A program made the translations under genes and the position numbers. DNA of 62,980 nt, filler included, from Bigelowiella natans CCMP2755 (lineage: Eukaryota; Protista; Cercozoa): the NCBI GenBank assembly GCA_000320545.1. It is 6 parts of 6 records of this genome, joined end to end, with 100 filler letters (N's around TTAATTAATTAA, not from the genome) between each part and the next. Parts side by side here need not be neighbours in the genome. Positions count along the whole stretch, not along the records: positions 1 to 28,582 come from ADNK01002392.1; 5 more parts are not named here. One strand, 5' to 3'. The notes under the pieces were generated by a model, which was not told where the DNA came from, did not search any database, and saw only the letters and a program-made list of their open reading frames with translations. Shown here piece after piece: positions 1 to 13,739 of this stretch; the first letter of the stretch is position 1, and each line of letters begins with the position of its first letter.

Positions 1-119
1 CCCCGTCGCCTTCTCCTCCCCGCAGGAGGAGGAAGAGGAGGAGGAGATAGATTGTTTGTTAGGAGGAGGGGCAGGAATACAGTGTAGTATGGATGGATAT
101 GGAAAGCTACTCCTACTAT

Positions 120-153
<34 letters not shown>

Positions 154-319
154 GGCGTTATTAATAAAGGTGATCATGTACTCCTCCTACTCCTCCTCCT
201 CCTCCTCCTCCTACTACTACTACTAATACTACTAATACTAACTCCGATGTTAGCAAGATTTCCTGGTACTGCTACTACTGCTGCTGCCCTCTCTCCTTCT
301 CTCCCTGCCTATTACCCTT

Positions 320-945
320 CTTTCCATGTTAGAGACTTCAAGCATAGACTGAATCTCCATCTAATGATGATGATGATGATGATGATGACGATGATCATAC
401 CGAATACTACACTCTAATCATCTAACTGAGAGTGGTTGGTAGTGGGTCCAATGGGAGTCATTCTACTACTGCAACAACAACAACAACAACTACTACTACT
501 ACTACTACTACAACTACTACTACTCCCACAAAACGCAGTTATTGTAGTGTATGTGTTTCAGCAGTGCCCCTCCTCCTCCTCCTCCTCCTCCTCCCCCCTT
601 CTACATGGTATACGTGCATACATACATTCAGTAATTCTGAGGTCTCTGCTTCCCCACGTAAGATTTTTAGAAGCTCTCGTGCCTTGTTAGCAAACATTCA
701 TTAGACTGATTATCATATCGATCATCATATCGATTATCACGACAACAGACAACGACAGGGAAGTAAAAAAAAAACAGTGAAGATTGATGATGATGATGAT
801 GACACGACTGGGTGCTGTTGTTAATTCGTTCTTCGTTGATTGGTGTTTGACGATAGTACTACCTTCCCGTGTTTCCCTTGCATTACAAGCCATCGAGGTG
901 ACTCAACAATAAACACACTCAGTAACACCTAAAACAACAACATAA

Positions 946-977
<32 letters not shown>

Positions 978-1824
978 AATTTGTCACATTTATCTTAGTT
1001 CTCATCATTATGTACATCTGGTCATTCTGCGTCTTTCTGGAGACTTGCATCATCATCATTATCATCATCACCACCACCACCAGCAGCAGCAGCAGCAGCG
1101 GCATTCATCGTAAAGTGTGAGACAACTACTTGAAGAGTGCTAAAGATTGCTCCAATGCCAAGAAGGATGCGCCATCCTGGGTCGTTTCCAAGGGGGCGGC
1201 CTAGAATCTGAGGACCAGGAGCAGGGTGTGTTGAACAAGCACAACAACAACAACAACAACAACAACATGATGTTGCACATGATTCACCGATACAATAGCA
1301 GCAAGCAGCAAGAAGCAAACAACAAACTCAAACAGCTTCATCATCATCATCATCATCATCATTATCGCTGACCTGTGCAAGGAGTATTCCAACCACCATA
1401 GCAAACTGATTCAAGGTTCCTGCAGCAGTTAGTTAGTCAGTTAGTTAGTTTGCTACTGCATGTAGTAGTACTGGGACTATGGTAACAGTAATAGTAGTGA
1501 TATAATAGCAGATATGCAGGTAATAAGGACAAAGGAGGAGGAGGAGGAGGAGGAGGAGGAGGAGGAGGGAGAGGGCACAGTCTGCTTCCAATCACTTAAA
1601 TTCGCCACGCAATTGATGGATGGAAACATCAACATGAACAATAAGAAAGAATATAAGGATGCATGATTGTAATAACAACACGACCGAGAGAGCCACGTAA
1701 GTTCACAGGAGCAATTTCACCCAAGTAGAGAGGTACTGCGACTGTTGATCCTGAGGAGGGATAGTGTTCGTAGTTGTAGTAGTAGTAGCATGATGATGAT
1801 CATTAAGACCATAACACTAGTTGT

Positions 1825-1855
<31 letters not shown>

Positions 1856-2422
1856 ATAGTAGTAGAAGTATTAGCATAACTGTGGTTCTTGCTATTTTTA
1901 TATGTTACCTCCACAACTCACTCCAATCAGGAGTCTTGCCACTGCTAGCCACATCACACCCATCGATACAGCCTGATGAAGAGGAATAGCAGGAGGAGGA
2001 GGAGAAGGAGGAGGAGGAAGAGGAAGAGGAAGGAACGTAGTAGTGGCATGTATGTATGCATGGTTATCTAGTGTATTGATGACACTGTCATCGTCAAAGA
2101 ATGTTGATGATGACACACATGATGCGTGTTTCAGTATGATGATGGGGTGTGGTGAATCTATGTCCTCCTCCTCCTCCTCTTCTTCTTCTCCATCCATCTA
2201 AAATACCAAGGCTACTACTACGACTACTTCAATCACTATTACTACTGGTGACCGTACTACTACTAGTACTGCTCTACTACTACTTAGTAGTAGTAGTAGT
2301 AAATGCTGTTAGCAATCTAGCAATTGTACCAGTAGTACCTGGAAAAGAAGCGCCAGAGTGAGGAATATCCCGTTATAAAGCCTTTGATCAGTTAATAATT
2401 TCAATAATCGTAAATATCAGAA

Positions 2423-2459
<37 letters not shown>

Positions 2460-2591
2460 AGAGAGCGTGCGAGTGAGTGAGTGAGTGAGTGAGTGAGTGA
2501 GTGTCGGTCTGCTGCGACTGTAGAATGGTCTTATTTGCATTGTTGCGACTGATAGTATCACTGTAAGCTGGGTTTGCTCCTCCATTACCAG

Positions 2592-2637
<46 letters not shown>

Positions 2638-2692
2638 ATATATCGGTGATAGATAGTTCTGCTAGTAGTGTTAGATTGTGTAGGAATGATGC

Positions 2693-2723
<31 letters not shown>

Positions 2724-2969
2724 TACGGGAATGGCTGCCGTCGCAGGGTATCTAACAGTGGAGGGGCAATAGTAGACCCAAGCAATCCTGTTGATCATTA
2801 TCATCATCATCATCATCATCATCATACGATAGATAGATAGAGATTTGTATAGTAGTAGTAGTAGTAATAGTAGTGGTAGTTGTTGTTGTTGTTGTTGTTG
2901 TGTTTTGACATAAAAAAGAACACACTACGTACTACGATATTACTACTACAACAACATTACTATTAGTAG

Positions 2970-3003
<34 letters not shown>

Positions 3004-3061
3004 CTTCGCTTTGAGTTCTTATGTGTACCATTTGAATCCCCACCTCCTTCTCCTTCATTAA

Positions 3062-3097
<36 letters not shown>

Positions 3098-4095
3098 CCT
3101 CTCTCTCTTTGTGAAATAAAACTTCTAGATATGATGCATATTCACCTCCAATACAGAAAATTGAAACAATAATTGCCCAAGAGAAATCATCCACCCTGTG
3201 TGTAGCAGTAGTAGTAGTAGCAGTAGTAGTAGTAGCAGTAGTAGTAGTAGCATTAACAGCAGCAGTAGCACAGCAATGAACAGTATACACGATAATAATC
3301 ATAATAATAGTAATAGGACGACGACGGGGAGAATCAAAATTATAACGTAACAATATGCTATAACAAACGCTTCAACCTACTCCTTCATAATCACCAATTT
3401 TGATCATCATCATCAGCATCGTCGTCTTCTTCTTCTTCTTCTTCTGCAAAAGAATGCTACTGCCGCATACTATAAATGATAGCGAAGTACCATGGCCGTG
3501 ATGTCAGACTTTGTCTAATAATAGCTTCTGGTGTGTTGAGCACCGAGGTGTTGTATCTTATAGAACAAGAAAACACATAACAACAATGAGAAGAAACTAT
3601 TATCATTATTAAAAGGCAAAGCAGATCCTATGGCCTACTATTCTTACTATGTTGATCTCATCACCTACGACATTACTTGTGTTACTGCTACCACTACTGC
3701 TAAAACTGCTCTATATCATCATTATTATTATTTAATACTGTACAACCCGAAGTTAATGGCTCCCATGAGAACGGAGAAGACAACCAAAATGAGTCTGGTT
3801 GTGTACCTAAAAGTAGTAGTAGTAGTAGTTGTTGTTGTTGTTGTAGTGGTACTATCCTATCCTATGTTGCAATTATCATTCATCAATATCACACTCATCA
3901 AAGAACAAATTACTAACACGCACACGCACCCTTGCTTTTGGATTGCATCCGAAATTTGTGAGTCAAATAGTGAGTCTTCTGTTAGCGAAGAGAACAAAGA
4001 GAGAACAAGTGAGGTTTTGTTGTTGAATTGTTCGTTAGTCGTGAGAATCAGCGCATATGTTTTGCATGCTTTGATATGATATATAAGTACATATT

Positions 4096-4131
<36 letters not shown>

Positions 4132-4132
4132 A

Positions 4133-4176
<44 letters not shown>

Positions 4177-4350
4177 TTAAATTCAACTTACTTCCTCGTT
4201 GAGTTCCAGAAAAACTATGCTGTGTAGTTGTTGCAGTTGTGGTTAAGACAAGGTTAAAACAATGAAAATAGCAGAAACTTTAGATCGTTGCTTAGACAAC
4301 GCGCGCTCATTTTTATATGTATATATGTAAATAAATATATACATATATAC

Positions 4351-4384
<34 letters not shown>

Positions 4385-4884
4385 GGGGGGGAAAAGAAAG
4401 TTTATGTGAGCAAATTGCTAGGAGATGCTATCGTTGAATAACAGATGATGTATATGGCCAGCAGCAGCACAGACGACAAGGACAAGTATAATCACCATAC
4501 ACTGCATCTTCTTTATATTTAGTCATTCAGCACAACGTGATAAATGATATGTGGCGGATGGGTTAGTTCATTCCTTCTCGTAATGTGTCGTATCGCTTTG
4601 CGCTTTACCCGTGAAAATGTCTTGGATAACTTTCTAACATGCGAACCCATCCCTGTAAAAATATTACTATTATTACTACAAAATGCCGAATAATGACCGA
4701 GAGCTTATTCCGCTGCTCCCTCCTAATTGTGGCACCGAGCAGGCACTTCAAAATCAATCCTCCTTTTACTTACCATGAATTGCATAGAACGGGACAGATC
4801 TTAATATATCCCGGAGTGGGTCGCGAAAGTCGGGCATACTTTGCACCTATAAAGTAGTAGTAATCGTAGTAGATTGGAGGTAAT

Positions 4885-4931
<47 letters not shown>

Positions 4932-5339
4932 TTGCTTTCATTTATAGAGGGAAGGTTGGGGGTAACATTTGGATATTATACCTGTCGGATTGGTTTACGA
5001 GCCGCATTTAATTTTCCTCGCTTATATTCTTGTGCGTTCGCGAAGCTCATGTTCTTTCGCATCCTGATAGATGTTTTTCACGTGATGAACATGGAAGAAG
5101 ACCGCAATTAAAAATAACAATGTATAGAACATGAGGGTTGATAGCTTTAGAAAGCCAAGGAAAAATTATACCCAGATTTTTGTGGGCCGGATGCGACCGG
5201 ATTTTGGAGATGCCGTCTTCGATTTGCTGCAACGTGTTGTATCTTCTGATAGGAAACGATCACATGAGCGGTTTCTGAGAGAATGATCTTGAATATTGAA
5301 TACCTTAGCATGGTCCATTTGTTTGTAGTCATCACTCAT
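320..5339 (-). CDS. Multi-exon major facilitator sugar transporter (GLUT/SLC2A-like); C-terminal half lies beyond the window start
   Basis: GT-AG-bounded minus-strand exons give GLUT-family motifs in the expected order: YTTRLILVVFSVLMGAINFG (~3750-3805), YNTSVLNTPEAIIRQSL (~3490-3555), WAIIVSIFCIGG (~3147-3195), LLGSTIAPPLLDTL (~2730-2787), WLAVARLLIGVSCG (~1910-1970), STVAVPLYLGEIAPVNLRGSLG (~1685-1750), GTLNQFAMVVGILLAQ (~1372-1420), ILGRPLGNDPGWRILLGIG (~1110-1210), VESPRWL (~865-910). The N-terminal exons (MSDDYKQMDHAK from ATG 5339) are assigned to this gene by inference. Confidence 0.9.
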
Positions 5340-5732
5340 GACTACCCCTGCAATCCTTTGAAACGATAGCGAAACGAAGGATCAAAAGTTTGCTTAGATC
5401 TAATTCATGAAATTGTTTTGTTGTTACTATGGCGGGAGGCAGGCACGTCTCTGTGTTAGTCGCCTTTCTGGTTGTTATTTCGGGTTTGAGACATCCATAT
5501 TCCTATGTCGTAACTACTAAATCATATTCAGTTCCTTCAGGATTCGGCACTCAAAGAGAGGACGCGTAGCCTCCAATAGTCGATTTTTGTACCCAATCTC
5601 GAATGACGTTCATTAGAAAAGGCCTTCGTTCGTGCAATATCTAGAGCTACGTTGTGGATTACATTTCTCCTGTGCTTCAATATCTTCTATCTCTGTGTAA
5701 GGGGATTTTCCCATGAACGACATGTCTTTTAG

Positions 5733-8470
5733 ATGCTATGCGCACCAAAAAGAAGGCGGCTATAGACAAAATGAGGATGATCGAAGAAAAAGAGCTCAGG
5801 GCAGCTCACACGAGTAAAGACGAAGAAGACCGCAAACTCGATCAACCTGCAAGGTGCACCTTTTTGCGGAGAGACTAAATTTCCGAAACCAGTGAACATA
5901 AAACAGAAAAATGGAGACTCAAAACCACGCAGAAGGTTCGTATTACTATAATCAGGCATCATCGTGGAAATTTGGCCACTAAAAAAAAATAGTGTTCTAA
6001 TTTATTGCAAATCATCTTCCTTTCGCATCAGGGGACGTACCACCGGGGAATAAGGAAATGGACATCGAAAAAAATGGAAACAAGGTAAAGTTAAGAGGGT
6101 ACAGTGATAGTGAGATTGTGTGAATTTCTTGTAATGATCCGATCAAATTGTGAGGAGTTAATTGCATGGTGAAGTTATAGAGGATGCTCTGGCTTATTTA
6201 GTCATCCGTTTGTGTGTAAAGTCATTTTTACAATAAATGTCATAAAATCACATATTCGTTATCTCTATCTTCAGGATACTAATCCTTCACCCCCTGCGGT
6301 TGAGGAAGGTGGGGATCTAAAGATCGTAAAGTCTACTGCCCTGGAAAATGCAGGTTGTATTGCATGAAAATAGTGATATTATCGTTCATCAATTGTTTAG
6401 TGATGGGAACCCATTACATTTCCTATCGCTTTTTGTTAGATAAATTAACAACCTACATAAATCAAATTGAATTTCCCATTTTATCTTTAAACTACTCTTT
6501 ATTCTTTTTGGAGTTCACAATCTTGTCAGCACCTTATCGAACACATATCTTCGAAAATAACAATGACCATACTGCATCATTACTCTTATGAGCAGCGAGC
6601 GAAGAGTTGTCCTCTGGGCGCATGGCCGTGTTGCTTTTCATAGCGTCGGCCATCGTAATGATAGATGCATCAGTCGAGTGCCATAATGCAGACAATTGCT
6701 CTGATGAGAGGTAGGCAGTCTGAGGAAGAGGAGAGTACAGTGTAAAAATAGTTAGATATAGGTGATAAGCCAACCTCTTTCCGTTTTTATGATATGGTGG
6801 GTATTATGTACACTGTCTAAAGCTTTGTAAGCCTTGATGCTCTAATTTTCTCACGCAGGGGCTATGCAGTCGCTGTCGGTACTGTTTCAACGGTAAAACG
6901 AACATAACCCGCTTACATACTAATCTTCAAATAAGTCATCATCATACCTAATGATAATGACTTGAATATTGCTCACATAGTGGTGCTACTATTTGCAGGT
7001 GGTCGCATTTGTGTTTGTGTACGTCAAGCTCTTCAAGTCGGAACTATATCAAAGCACACGTGAGTCTCGTTCGTGGGCGACTTTTTTCATCATCGCTATG
7101 ATGATAATAACATGAACCTTCTTAGGATTAGTATGGGCGCTTTCCTTCTTCGTGTGGTGGAGTGCTGGTGTTGCTGTTCTCACGTTTCGGGGACCCTTTC
7201 TGGCAACTGGGAATGGGTAATAAACAGTAATTAGTACAGCTAATCTGTCACATTATACCGTCCCTTCCCACTATGCAAAGTCACTGCATAGCAGCTGAAA
7301 TAGCGCTATCGCGATTTTTTGCAAGCATGCTACTACAACACTCTGCAAATGATGCCTTACTTCTTCCTTCTGGTCAGCTACTTTGCGACATGGCTCTCTT
7401 GGTTCTCAAGTGCAAGATTACTTTATGCCGGTAGTAGATAAGAGCGTTAAAGAAGAAGGAAAAGGAAGAACAAATGCTTAGTATTGTGGCTATAACCTAT
7501 TTGTCTATGTATCTATTAGATGTTCCATTTATCCAAAGGAAAATCCAGGCCTTGTTGACCATGTAGTAGCACTAGAAAATAAATTTATTTATGCTACCAA
7601 TTGAACAAAATGAAGATGTTACAGTTACCTGTTATTATTGATGGTTATCGTTCTCCGTCCTACCAGGGAGGACTCTAACCTACAGACGTTATTTCTTATC
7701 CTGCTCACATCCATCGTCGAGCTTGCAGCCGCTGGTGTCGCGTGCCACAACTCCAGCAACTGCAATAATCAGACAGGTATAGCTGAAATAGCTAGGTCCA
7801 GCTTCAAACACTATATTTTAGCAACTATAGTCTTTCCTTGCAACATTTTAATCGCATTTTTGTTCACCGCTATCGATACTATCACTGTCATCAGCAGCAG
7901 CAGCAGCATTGTTTACTTATTACAGTGATGCCTCTCTCAAACACTATCATCATAATCATCATCATCATTATAGTTTATGATATATTCTCCCCTCCTTTCC
8001 TTCTACTTCTCTAGCATTTGCTGTGGCCATTGGAGCTATTTCAATACTGTGGGTGCTTCCGTTCATGATACTTTCCTCACTGGATTTATTTGAGCTGGTT
8101 GTTGCAATTAGGGAGGGAAGAAGAAGGGGAAGAACGACAGATAGAACTGATAAATCGATAAGATCAATATATGACCCAAAACTAATCCCCTGGTACTTCC
8201 GGTGCTGCTGCTGCTTCTTGTTTCTCTTCTTCTTCTTCTCCGTACACAGTACGGATCCTCGCTTCTTGCATGCTTCTGGATCGTTGGTGCAGGAGTGCTA
8301 ACGTTTGACCAGCCCTTTTCTTTCACGGGGTAAGAAGAAGATGATAATAGCTACCCAACAAATAAGAACGAACCATAACAAAGTAGTATCCCCAATACAT
8401 GAAGGGGAGGAGTACTAGGGGAACTAATACGCGCACAACACTTTGTTCGTTGCATCGTCGTCTTATTATC

Positions 8471-8512
<42 letters not shown>

Positions 8513-8820
8513 CACATGGTCATCGCATTGCTACCACTATTATTTAGGAACGGCTTCTTTAGCACATGGATAGCTACTCTTGGAAGCTGTTATTGGTAGT
8601 AATAGTAATATGCTGATGATAGTAGAAGATGGGAGGAAGAAGAGGGGGAAGAGAGAAATTCCTATAATCCATTAGTCGAGACTACTCACTTTTATATTAG
8701 TATTTAATACTATCGTCCTCTTTATTGTTAACACCATCGGTGTCATGATTCTAATCATCGGTGTTATTCCTCTTCCTAATTACCATCAGGTTCTATCTAT
8801 GCTTCCAAGACGCTCATGGT
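5733..8820 (+). CDS. Multi-exon membrane protein with two tandem ~4-TM repeats (MARVEL-like by inference)
   Basis: Repeat 1 exons: GYAVAVGTVS ... WWSAGVAVLTFRGPFLATGNG|YFATW. Repeat 2 exons: FAVAIGAISIL ... FWIVGAGVLTFDQPFSFTG|NGFFSTW. GT-AG introns. A charged N-terminal exon lies at 5733-5853. A possible ATG at 5429 would be head-to-head with the transporter. Confidence 0.7.
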
Positions 8821-9224
8821 ATGTATAATGTGATGTGATGATGCTATCCTAATATTGCACGATCAACGAGTCAAAATAAGATCATAGAAGTGATCTCAAG
8901 AATCTGTGTCTGTATCTCCTTATTTTCGGATTCTGATATTTTCGGGCATATTCCTCCTTGTTTAATGATTCTCCCTCTTTTTTGTCCATCTAAACGACTA
9001 AAAAGGATCTCAAGTCGGGGATGTAAACAAGCCAACAATAACCTAGTAGTACACGCTTCTTCTCATCCAATTATCGATTTATACACGGAATTCATTCACA
9101 TAAAAACTGGAGAGCAGCCTCACAAACGCTGCCTATGCTTTGGCATACTATTCGAGATTACAAGATAGTATGGATAACAAAATAACTTCAAAAGGAAGAA
9201 CCTGTTCAATTCCACCAAATATAC

Positions 9225-9265
<41 letters not shown>

Positions 9266-9339
9266 TATGTATGCTTCATATGCCCCTGCTTGGATCATTC
9301 TTTCGTTGTTATTAGTGACATGGCATAATCATTTGCGAA

Positions 9340-9985
9340 GGCACTTGCTATAGATGCTTACATCTAATCAATATCTAATAATGAAATATACGCGCATGGC
9401 ACTCCATCTAGCATAGCTATAGCTAGCACTACTAGAGCAGCTAATAAATATCAGGCCCTTGCGTTGCGTTGTCACACGTACCTGTCTACGATGACCGACA
9501 ATTCGACAATGCTTAACCTAATGATGTCTAGATGTGAATATCGCGTGCACGCGACTGTACAGTGTATGTAGAGCTAGAGAGTGCTAGAGTGGCTGCTAGC
9601 AATCGATATAGCAGCTAGCTTTCCTTCACACTAGCTAGCACATGACATGATGCACAGTATAACAGCTAGATGCACGCAATGCGCGCGCAAGCATGACTGC
9701 TAACTAGCTAGATGATAGAAAATCCGCACAAAATATAATAAATCATCATCGCATGCTCTGCTAGATGCTCTATACGCTACATGAAACATGTCTAGATGTG
9801 CATGTGTGTGCATTGCGTGGCTTATTGATCTAGCAAATTCTAGCAATGCGCAACAAGTAGCAAGCAGCGCACATGCTAGCATGGATGTACATACATATAC
9901 TAGCGTACATGCTTGCACACGGTTGTACACTAGTACATGTGACATGTCCATACGTACTAGCGTACACTAGTACATGTACGTAACT
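9340..9985. other. Intergenic patch rich in CTAG/CATG/TGCA, partly TpA-eroded
   Basis: Many remaining TA dinucleotides sit in CTAG/TAG contexts; TG/CA-rich; no credible ORF. Confidence 0.5.
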
Positions 9986-10011
9986 ATAGGTAAATACACA
10001 CATATTTTATA

Positions 10012-10055
<44 letters not shown>

Positions 10056-10398
10056 GTGTGTATGTATGTACATGTGCGTGCGTGCGTGCGTGCGTGTGTG
10101 TGTTCCTGTGTGTAGAAACATGAATTTTGGAATCTCATGATGTGTCTGTGTGTCGTATACATAACTGGATTTCAATGTGTCAATTTTGGGAGATATGAAT
10201 TTCATCATTAGTTGGCTTGTTTACGCTCGCGTCTACTCGTTATATCGCGTACAATTCTTTTCATATCAATTTTTAAAATAATATATAATTATATGTCGGT
10301 CGCCCCCGATCTTTTTCCTCTCTCGCACACAAAAATAGTGTGCTCGATATCATATTATTGTGTGTGTGCGTGTGCGTGTGCGTGTGCGTGTGCGTGTG

Positions 10399-10447
<49 letters not shown>

Positions 10448-10642
10448 ACTTGCATGTGTGCGTAACAATATTCTGACACATAAAATCATCATTTTGTGTG
10501 GAATCGAAGGGTTTGCCTTCCCGCACTTTTTATTGTGGAGTTGTTCTCAATTAATGTTAATCAATTACATTTGTGCTGTTGAGCGATAAAACGAGCAGGG
10601 CCCATCTAGGGGATAAATTTACACTCTATATTCAGAAGCTTC

Positions 10643-11005
10643 TTAGCTGATAGAATATTTTTTCTTCAACGCTGCAAGTTGGGCTGCTTTTCTGTTCTGA
10701 TCCAACTGGTTCTTCTTTCCTCTACCTGGTTGATGGTAAAGCACAATAATATATCTCCCACACACGTTAAACCCAGATAAGTGGTCTACAGCATTCTTTG
10801 CGTCGAAGATATCCTCATACACAACATAGGCCTTCCCAACAGTACCGGGCGTGTTGCCCATCCTGATTTGGCGAATAGCGCCATACTTTCCGAAGATATC
10901 ATACATCTCTTCCGCGGTGATCTTGAATGGTAGATTCTTCACAAAGATGATACGATTGACTTCTGGTGGCAGGCGCGCGTTTGCGCGGCCTCTCATTTCT
11001 CCCAT
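10643..11005 (-). CDS. SF3B6: Splicing factor 3B subunit 6 (SF3b14/p14, branch-point-proximal RRM protein), intronless
   Basis: [41 protein letters not shown]...[23 protein letters not shown] closely matches the conserved p14 sequence; complete 120-aa ORF. Confidence 0.96.
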   Translation of the reverse strand: MGEMRGRANARLPPEVNRIIFVKNLPFKITAEEMYDIFGKYGAIRQIRMGNTPGTVGKAYVVYEDIFDAKNAVDHLSGFNVCGRYIIVLYHQPGRGKKNQLDQNRKAAQLAALKKKYSIS

Positions 11006-11671
11006 GGTGACGCTATCCTCTTATTCACGAGGAAGGGTTGCGCAGGTGATGAGAGATGGAAGGAGGCTTGTTCAGAAAACCATACTGACTTCAAAAAAGG
11101 GTGCTAATCTATACATCCGACAACCATATTATGATGACGCAGATACGATTCCAGATCGTCGGCGAAAACCAAGTTGTCGCACCTGTGAAACCACATGAAA
11201 ATTTGCGTTGGGGCGACTGAACAAGATCACTATTGGACTTCCGATATTTGTATATATGTGGAGATTATCAATAATTATGACTGTGCGACATGAGAATAAT
11301 GACAATTCTTTGGGAAATAGGAGATAAATCTAGGTTTTACCTTTGTAAGTGGTAAACAGTTATGTCTGCAAGCTGCTGACCGATCTGTACAGCGGCTGGC
11401 TGGCTCTTGTAAGCCCGATATCGAAGGGCTGGGGGGGGGAATGGAATATGGAAACACCTCATAAGATGATACCATTTGCATGTGACTTTTCCCTTATCCT
11501 TTGAGAGAATTAAAAGCTTCGTCGTTGGAACTCATTGCAATCAGTTGCATCGATGTCCTACTACTCGAGGAAGAAAGAGTCTTGACTTTGGCCGTCTGAT
11601 TTACAGGGGGTTACCCCATAGAGGAGGACCATGACAAGCTTCATAGTATTGATAATTGTAGGTATAGTGGC

Positions 11672-13254
11672 ATGGATGATAGTGATGAGCTGAGTCACTA
11701 CGATGACCGCGACAGCGATCAATCCGAGGAATTGCTAGACGAATATGCCATAGATGGTGCTGATGGTGCTGATGCTGATGGCGCGACTAACGTGGAAACA
11801 AATCCAAAAGCCCATGCCAGAGGCGATGAGTTTCGTGAAGAAGATAGGTTAGCACACCCGATAGCACTAATGATTCGTTTCACAGTCATTCGATGATCGT
11901 ACTAGTCGAGGAGTTGTTTGTAACAATTTTCGGAGCTATTGGTATCTCTGTATTTCTCGGCATCACTAATTAGATACCAATCGTTTAACAAATGAAATTT
12001 TTTATGCTTGTTCCTCCCAAATAGTAGAGCATTACATACCAGTGTTCTTTTCTATTCTTGTGTTATCTGCTATCTACCCATCATCTGCTACATGCACAAA
12101 GAAAACTAAGGGATTCTAGCCGAAATGCCAATGAGCGCCTCGAGATGGCCTTACATGTAAGTGTTGGTCTTCGACGATAATGATATCTGCTGTAGTGGGT
12201 ATTGACGAATAAGATGGTGATGATGATGATGATGATTCCATATCAAGAGTTGAGAGGAAGACAATGAAAAGAGGAGGAGATATTAAGGAAAGAGAGGATG
12301 TTTCTAAATAGAAAATGAGACATCGAATCATCATGTCTCGTCTATATAGCTGGCCACCACCTCATGTTAGACAATTTGGTAAATTATTTCCGTCGAGGGC
12401 TGTAAAGGCTCCAACTGTTTATACATCATTATCATCATCATCATCATCATCATTATGATTACTATATTTACGTGCTTAATATTCGCAGGTTCTTGAACGT
12501 TATCGATACAAGTACACACAAGCACAGAATGAAATTAAACTACGTGCAAATTACATGCGCGACATGGAGGAAGACATCCATAGCCTGAACGAGAGAATTA
12601 AAAGTCAAGAGAAGCTGCTCTTAAATGTCTCTCCTGAACATTATCGTGGCAGAAGAAGAAGAAGACGGTCACAAAAACAACAGTTTTAATCCAGCTCCTT
12701 GCTTTGAGAAAATGGGAATGAATATGATGTGATGATGACGATGATGATGATGTGAAAATAAGACGATGAGAATGGAGGATAACTATGCGTAGTTGGAAGC
12801 GATGATGGGTGGTTTTGCTCATTGTGACACGATTTTTCATGAACCAAACTGAGGAGTGTTTGCAACTCTTATTGAGACTTATTTTTCTTCTTGTTCTTGT
12901 TTTTCATATGAATCATCATCTATGTGCCGGTCGGTGCATCAGATCTTCCTTGGAGGCTCCGCAACAGCAGCAGCAGCAGCGAGATATCAGCATTGAAAGC
13001 AGCCGTAGCAGCAGCAGTTCACTGCGACTTAGTAGATCTATTCCTTCGCATAGGAATCCAGACACATGCACCTCCCCAAACGAATCGGACAATGAAGAGG
13101 ATGGAGAATGCGTTGAGAAGGAGGAGGAGGAGAAGGACGAAAAAAATGAGGAAGGAGAAGCACCAGCTTTGCAAGAACAAGAAGATGCCTCTATGGGAGA
13201 AGGAGGAGGAAGGACAGGGCACAGTGGAGAAGTAGCTAGAGATAATGAGAAAAA

Positions 13255-13287
<33 letters not shown>

Positions 13288-13706
13288 CAAGAGTGGAAAA
13301 AGAATCGACAATGATGAAAGCGTTAAGAACCGTGAAAGGGAGGAGGCACAGAGTTCCAACCGAGCGAAAACAAAGCAAGAAGAGAAGGTAGGGGGAGGGG
13401 ATCGAAGGAGAACAGCGGGACAATCAGAGAGTGTTTTGTGCTCATATTACGTCAGCTTTGAAATTTTTATGCTTACTACTCGACTTTAGTGATAGTGAGT
13501 GTGTACAATGATAGAATATATTCTCTATGATTTGATCTCCTTACCATTTACCTTAAAATATATTCTCTACGATTTGGTCTTCTTACCATTCACCTCAATT
13601 CAAACTGAGAAAACCTCCTTATATACCTTGTACAAGGCGGCAGAGTTGGTACACTCACAGCTAAAGATTCGAGACACAACAATAGAATCCCTTCAAAGCC
13701 AAATAG

Positions 13707-13739
<33 letters not shown>

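Noticed and set aside
432-4186. Many ORF-track entries with poly-Q/H/T/L/S or CVCV/YIYI runs (also 52-55 kb and 59-63 kb)
   Set aside because: Translations of intronic microsatellites; the real coding sequence is in short spliced exons.
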